Shown: positions 59,433 to 64,000 of the stretch, piece after piece | How the letters are laid out: the number at the start of each line of letters is the position of its first letter | How positions within the stretch are numbered: the stretch's first letter is position 1 | Source of the DNA: an uncultured Erysipelotrichaceae bacterium | Lineage (GTDB): Bacteria; Bacillota_I; Bacilli_A; RFN20; CAG-826 | DNA length: 64,000 nt | Reading direction: 5' to 3' | NCBI GenBank assembly: GCA_902777015.1 | Contig: CACYSA010000005.1 | Span: forward strand, 9,031 to 73,030 | Notes under the pieces: generated by a model | Told to the model about the DNA's origin: nothing | Seen by the model: only the letters and a program-made list of their open reading frames with translations | Databases searched by the model: none | Program-made: the position numbers and the translations under genes

Positions 59433-59735
59433 CTACTTTTCAATAGTGAGGATGTTATCAAAGCCAGTCATTGTGAAAATGTCCATGACGTTTTGATTGA
59501 CACTGCGAATGACCATTGTGCCACCCCTGTTAACAAGCTCTTTAAATGTCGCTAATAAGACACGTAAGCCTGCACTTGAAACGTAATCGATCTTTTTAAA
59601 ATCAAGAATTAATGAATTAATGCCTTTAATTGATTGGCTTAAAATTGTGTTTAATTCGTTAGAAGTAGTGCTATCAATACTTCCCTCGAGTTCAATTAAA
59701 AGTTCTGAACCCGTCTGCTTTTTTGTAGCGTTCAT
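59433..59735 (-). CDS. STAS-domain protein (anti-sigma factor antagonist-like)
   Basis: LEGSIDS, DYVSSAGLRVLL, IFTMTGF. Confidence 0.9.
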   Translation of the reverse strand: MNATKKQTGSELLIELEGSIDSTTSNELNTILSQSIKGINSLILDFKKIDYVSSAGLRVLLATFKELVNRGGTMVIRSVNQNVMDIFTMTGFDNILTIEK

Positions 59736-59788
59736 AATAAAACTCCCTTTTTGTCAAAAACGTTATTAAACGTTATTTAATTGTCTTT

Positions 59789-59821
59789 ATTATAACCGAG
59801 TGTGCGCACAAAAGTGCCACA
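59789..59821 (-). promoter_or_regulatory. TGTGGCA-N4-TGTGCGC operator plus TATAAT for the STAS-NRPS-esterase operon
   Basis: Minus strand reads TGTGGCACTTTTGTGCGCACACTCGGTTATAAT. Confidence 0.65.
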
Positions 59822-59939
59822 AATTTTTGAAAAAATAAAAAAATATTTCTTGCTCCCTTCTAATAAAAGCAAATAGGCCATATAAGTGTTAGTTATGTTT
59901 TCATTTATTTGTGATATCATACATTCATTAGAAAGACTT

Positions 59940-60455
59940 ATGATTATCAGCGAACAAGAAAAGAAAGAACTTGAAGATATTTATCAATCATTCCTTCACG
60001 ATGAAAGAATTTTGAAAATGAAAAGCATTTCCATGCATCGTGGTTCTAATTGCTATATCCATTCTTTTAAAGTTGCTAAACTTGCGATCAAAAGAGCGCT
60101 ACGTCATAAAAAAGGTAATTTACAAGTCATCCTAGTGGGCGCTATTCTTCATGATTATTATTTGTATGATTGGAGAACTGACAAATCCAAGATGAGACAT
60201 CATATGAGTAGCCATCCTTATGCCGCTGCGGAAAACGCTGAAAGAGATTTTGGTATTCATGAACCAGTTAAGAAAGTCATCCAGTCTCATATGTGGCCAG
60301 TTAACTTCTCTGATTTTCCAAAAACAAAAGAAGCTCGTATTATTTCTAACGCTGACAAAGCCATTTATATTAAGGAAATAAGTTGCTCAAAAGCTTATAA
60401 GAAAAAAAGAGAACAAAAATATTACAAACAAATCGAAAAATTATTCGATGAATAA
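59940..60455 (+). CDS. HD-domain phosphohydrolase
   Basis: HRGSNCYIHS, GAILHDYYLYDW, HP, HMWP, ADK. Confidence 0.85.
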   Translation: MIISEQEKKELEDIYQSFLHDERILKMKSISMHRGSNCYIHSFKVAKLAIKRALRHKKGNLQVILVGAILHDYYLYDWRTDKSKMRHHMSSHPYAAAENAERDFGIHEPVKKVIQSHMWPVNFSDFPKTKEARIISNADKAIYIKEISCSKAYKKKREQKYYKQIEKLFDE

Positions 60456-60527
60456 TCCAAATAATAGATTACCAGATAATAGTGTGCTAGAATTCATCTG
60501 GTAATTTTATTTTAAAGGATTAATTTT

Positions 60528-61004
60528 ATGGAAAAAGTTACAACAATTATTGATGAAAAAGCAAATAAAGAATTATTAAAACCCACTAGAATTCTTACTT
60601 GGATTCTTGCACTTTTAGGTGGCTTCTGTGTTGGCTTTTATTTTATGTTTTCAATCATGACTCAAAAGTGGTCAGAACCAGTTAACATCATTCTTTGTGT
60701 TGTGGGTGTTGTCTTTATTGTTTTTGGTTTCTTCTTTGATTATCGCGTCACTAAAACAATCAAATTAGCCCAAGCCAACCCAATCACCACAGTCACTCAA
60801 TTCAATGAAGACCATCTCGTCATGGAATCATATAAAAACAATGAAAAAATTGCAGAGAGTAAAGTGGACTATAAATCATTCAAACGCTATACCGTCAGGG
60901 CTAATTTTGTGTTTATGACTTATCAAAACAATACAACATTTGCCTTCACAAAAAGCGATGAACTCATGGAATTCTTGAGCAAAACTGGCATCAAGAAAAT
61001 GTAA
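60528..61004 (+). CDS. YcxB-like membrane protein
   Basis: Two TM followed by a short soluble beta-rich domain. Confidence 0.55.
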   Translation: MEKVTTIIDEKANKELLKPTRILTWILALLGGFCVGFYFMFSIMTQKWSEPVNIILCVVGVVFIVFGFFFDYRVTKTIKLAQANPITTVTQFNEDHLVMESYKNNEKIAESKVDYKSFKRYTVRANFVFMTYQNNTTFAFTKSDELMEFLSKTGIKKM

Positions 61005-61072
61005 TTAAGTTTCAATATTATCAATTGAAAATCCTCGTTAATAGTGACAAACTATAAGCGAGGTTTTTATTT

Positions 61073-62143
61073 ATGAAAAATGTATTAGCGAAATTAGCTT
61101 TGGTTTCTTTTGCACTTTTAAGTAGTGCTTGTTCAAAGCCACAAGAAAGTGTTGAACCAAGTAGCGGAGAACCACAAGTCAGTAGTGTGGCTCCAGTCAG
61201 TAGTGAAGCACAAGTCAGTAGTGTGGCTCCGACAAGTTCTCAGACTCCATCTTCCGCTCCTGCGGTTGTTGAAAATCAATTATCCAATTCTCAAGGTTTA
61301 GTTGTTAAATTCAATAAGACAGGCGCTAAGATTGATAGCATCAATGTTGGCAATAAGAAAATCGCAGAAAATGGTTTTACTGTTGGAAGATGCGCTAACC
61401 GTATTGCGAATGGCAAATTCACATTAGGTGGTACTGAATATAACGTTACTAAAAATGATGGCAACCATTCATTACATGGTGGAGGTAGACAGTGGTCTGG
61501 CACTTTCGCTAATTCAAACTGGACAAAAGTTAGTCAAGATGCCTCATCTATTAAATTTAGTTTCCATTCCGCTGATAAGGCTGATGGCTATCCAGGCAAT
61601 ATGGATATGACTGTTACTTATTCATTAAACGATAAAGGTGATTTATCTATCGAATATAGTGCGACCTCTGATAAAGATACATTATGTAATCCAACTAACC
61701 ACTTATATATGTCATTAAATGGTAGTACAAGTTATAGTGGTATCAAACTATGGATTGACGCAGATAACTACACCCCATTATCAAATAAATTACCAACCGG
61801 TGATATTTCTCCAGTCGCAGGAACACAATTTGATTACACCAGCGAAAAAGCATTTGATAGTTCAAAGAACTATGATGACAACTATGTTTTAAAAGCTAAT
61901 CCATCTAATGAATGCCGTAAAGTTGCCACAATGACAGGTTCTGTTGCTAAGGTCGATGTTTATACCGATAGAGCAGGTCTTCAATTATATAAAGAAAACA
62001 ATGGTAAGATTTGTTTAGAAACACAACAATTCCCAGACGCTATTAATCATCCTAATTTCTTAGAATATGGAACAACTATTCTTAAAGCGGGTGAAACATT
62101 TAAATCTAAAACAATTTATCATTTTGAATTAGGTGAGCAATAA
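61073..62143 (+). CDS. Aldose 1-epimerase (mutarotase) with lipoprotein signal and Ser/Pro linker
   Basis: LLSSAC lipobox; GRCANRI, HSLHGG, GYPG, NPTNH, CLETQ. Confidence 0.88.
   Translation: MKNVLAKLALVSFALLSSACSKPQESVEPSSGEPQVSSVAPVSSEAQVSSVAPTSSQTPSSAPAVVENQLSNSQGLVVKFNKTGAKIDSINVGNKKIAENGFTVGRCANRIANGKFTLGGTEYNVTKNDGNHSLHGGGRQWSGTFANSNWTKVSQDASSIKFSFHSADKADGYPGNMDMTVTYSLNDKGDLSIEYSATSDKDTLCNPTNHLYMSLNGSTSYSGIKLWIDADNYTPLSNKLPTGDISPVAGTQFDYTSEKAFDSSKNYDDNYVLKANPSNECRKVATMTGSVAKVDVYTDRAGLQLYKENNGKICLETQQFPDAINHPNFLEYGTTILKAGETFKSKTIYHFELGEQ
61174..61230 (+). repeat. 21-bp direct repeat in linker (period 36 nt)
   Basis: ACAAGTCAGTAGTGTGGCTCC at 61174 and 61210 encoding QVSSVAP twice. Confidence 0.8.
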
Positions 62144-62145
62144 TT

Positions 62146-63054
62146 ATGAAAAAGATTGCATTATTAACTCTTTCCGCGATGGCGGTATTAACTACTGGCT
62201 GTAATAACGGCCATAAACATAACTACATGTTGGTGGCGACTGGTGGCTGGCATACTTGTATTGCCGGACAAGACTTTAACACCAGTGGTTTGAAAGTCAC
62301 TTTAAAATGCACTGATTGTGAAGAAGAAAAAGAAGTGGAATATGAATTAGAAAATCATACTGCTTTAACTGAAGATCAAACAAGTATCACAATCAAATAT
62401 CAAGACTATGTTTTAGAATACCCAATTACGGTGAAAACTAAGTACCATATCGCCTGTGTTGGTGATTCTTTAACCGCTGGACATAACTGGCCAAACGAAT
62501 CATATCCAACATATTTAGGCAAGCTTGTTGACGAACGTTATGAAGTCGGTAATTATGGTGTTAATGGTATCTCTATCACTGGTTATGGTGGTTCATGGGA
62601 CAACCCAAATCAACGTTATATCAAACAAAGCGTTTATAAAAACTGCGTTAAATTCGCTCCAGATATCTTTGCCTTTATGTTAGGCACTAATGACGCTACT
62701 AACTGGGCAAAAGCGGAAGCATCGTTCGTTAGTGAATACCATATCTTATTAGATTCATTAATCGAACAATTCCCAAATGCTAAATTTATCATGATGGTTT
62801 CTCCACCAACAAAAGATGGCAACCAATTTGGTATTCCTAATAAGGAAATCAAGGAACAAGTTAATCCTATTCAAAGAGAACTCGCAGGTGAATATGGCTT
62901 TGAAGTTTTAGACTTACGTAATGAATTTGAAGAAACAGAAAATTACGAATCCAAATATTTAAGACCAAATAACGATGGTGTCCATTTCACCAAAGCGGCC
63001 GCTCAATATGTCGCTGAGAGAGTTTGGGATATTGCTGAAGATTTACGTTTCTAG
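62146..63054 (+). CDS. SGNH/GDSL-family esterase lipoprotein
   Basis: LTTGC lipobox; CVGDSLT, NYGVNG, MLGTND, DGVH. Confidence 0.88.
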   Translation: MKKIALLTLSAMAVLTTGCNNGHKHNYMLVATGGWHTCIAGQDFNTSGLKVTLKCTDCEEEKEVEYELENHTALTEDQTSITIKYQDYVLEYPITVKTKYHIACVGDSLTAGHNWPNESYPTYLGKLVDERYEVGNYGVNGISITGYGGSWDNPNQRYIKQSVYKNCVKFAPDIFAFMLGTNDATNWAKAEASFVSEYHILLDSLIEQFPNAKFIMMVSPPTKDGNQFGIPNKEIKEQVNPIQRELAGEYGFEVLDLRNEFEETENYESKYLRPNNDGVHFTKAAAQYVAERVWDIAEDLRF

Positions 63055-63217
63055 AAAAATTTTTATAAAAAATATTTTTTTCCTGGAAAGTGTTCTATAA
63101 TAACAACACATCCTGCTTCTTTTAGTGAAAACATAGTGAATAATAGGTTAATAAATACAATTGTGTTTCACTTTTTGTATTTATTATTTTAATAACATTA
63201 TTTATAATAATCTCACT

Positions 63218-64000
63218 ATGGGAAAAACGATTAAAATTATCAAGACTATCACTTTTATCATCATCGCTCTCCAAGTAGCTTTGGCGGCAGTATTTTCTGT
63301 TTTGTATTTCAATAATTTCTTTGATTTCCAAAGCATTACAAAACCAGAATATATCGCTGTTGCGATGATCATTGTTGTTGCCGTTAACTGCTTATTTGTT
63401 TGGATTATTATCCTTATCTTATCTTCGTTAAGACAAAAGACAGATTTAAAGGCTGCGGAGATTATCGGTAGTGACGTTCAAGAAGCTTATAACTTCGCTC
63501 AAATTGGTTTAGCGATTACTGATGAAGAAAACGTTGTCCTTTGGACAAACGATTTATTTAAATCACGCCATATCGAAATCATGGATATGGATATCATTGC
63601 CTGGCAACCTGATTTAGCGGCGTTAAGAGACACCGCAAATGGCGATCAAACCGCAAAGATTGTTGTTAACTCTAGAACATATTCCGTTAAATTACTTTCT
63701 GAAGCAGGATTATGGATCTTCAAAGATATTACTGATTATGAATCTGTTTATAACTATTCTAAAGACCAAGCTCCTGTTGTCGGTATTTTAGCGATTGATA
63801 ACTACGATGATGTTGTCCGTGGTGATGATGACTTTAATGACGTTGTGACTAAAGTTAAAACCGATATCTTTGGCTACGCTAAAGACTATGGCATCTTATT
63901 AAGAAGACTCAAAGATGATAGCTATTCAATGTTATGCAACTATGCCTCATTCAGCAAAATGCTTGAAGATAAATTCTCCATCATCGATAAGGTGCGTGGC
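63218..64000 (+). CDS. gdpP: Cyclic-di-AMP phosphodiesterase GdpP, 5' part (runs off the window)
   Basis: Not in ORF track. Reads MGKTIKII..., two TM, PAS-like IGLAITDEENVVLWTN, degenerate GGDEF region VGILAIDNYDD...KFSIIDKVR; expected downstream of rpsR. Confidence 0.8.
   Translation, partial: MGKTIKIIKTITFIIIALQVALAAVFSVLYFNNFFDFQSITKPEYIAVAMIIVVAVNCLFVWIIILILSSLRQKTDLKAAEIIGSDVQEAYNFAQIGLAITDEENVVLWTNDLFKSRHIEIMDMDIIAWQPDLAALRDTANGDQTAKIVVNSRTYSVKLLSEAGLWIFKDITDYESVYNYSKDQAPVVGILAIDNYDDVVRGDDDFNDVVTKVKTDIFGYAKDYGILLRRLKDDSYSMLCNYASFSKMLEDKFSIIDKVRG

Noticed and set aside
63122-63331. 69-aa minus-strand ORF
   Set aside because: Antisense to the gdpP start, which is open to the window end.

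Overview
AT-rich chromosomal window read in genetic code 11, from a genome-reduced Bacillota (Bacilli). An uncultured gut/rumen lineage is an inference from gene content and order. From left to right: the end of a surface-polysaccharide locus (Wzy-Wzx fusion, VanZ with inserted Ig-like domains, HTH-fused FnlA plus FnlC/FnlB); a nitrogen block (two aminotransferases, two tandem gdhA) interleaved with three defence/toxin-like cassettes (AlbA-ATPase-HTH between direct repeats, Fic, and a small BECR-like nuclease followed by two structured RNA units); amino-sugar genes (HTH-fused glmM, glmU-like acetyltransferase, nagB); an ABC exporter pair; galactose/galactofuranose genes; the core block pth-mfd-S4-tilS-ftsH-dusB-lysS; rpsF-ssb-rpsR; a ~12.5 kb accessory island (Nif11-like double-glycine Zn-ribbon peptides, a papain-like peptidase, IS200, a STAS/NRPS-like/esterase operon, lipoprotein hydrolases); and the start of gdpP. 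The best candidates for an undescribed system are (1) the nuclease-like gene 12882-13265 with a separately promoted tandem of covarying cloverleaf/kissing-loop RNAs at 12662-12857, and (2) a shared TGTGGCA-N4-TGTG operator linking the Nif11-like peptides to the STAS-A/T/C-esterase operon. All calls come from reading the sequence by eye; no database searches were run.
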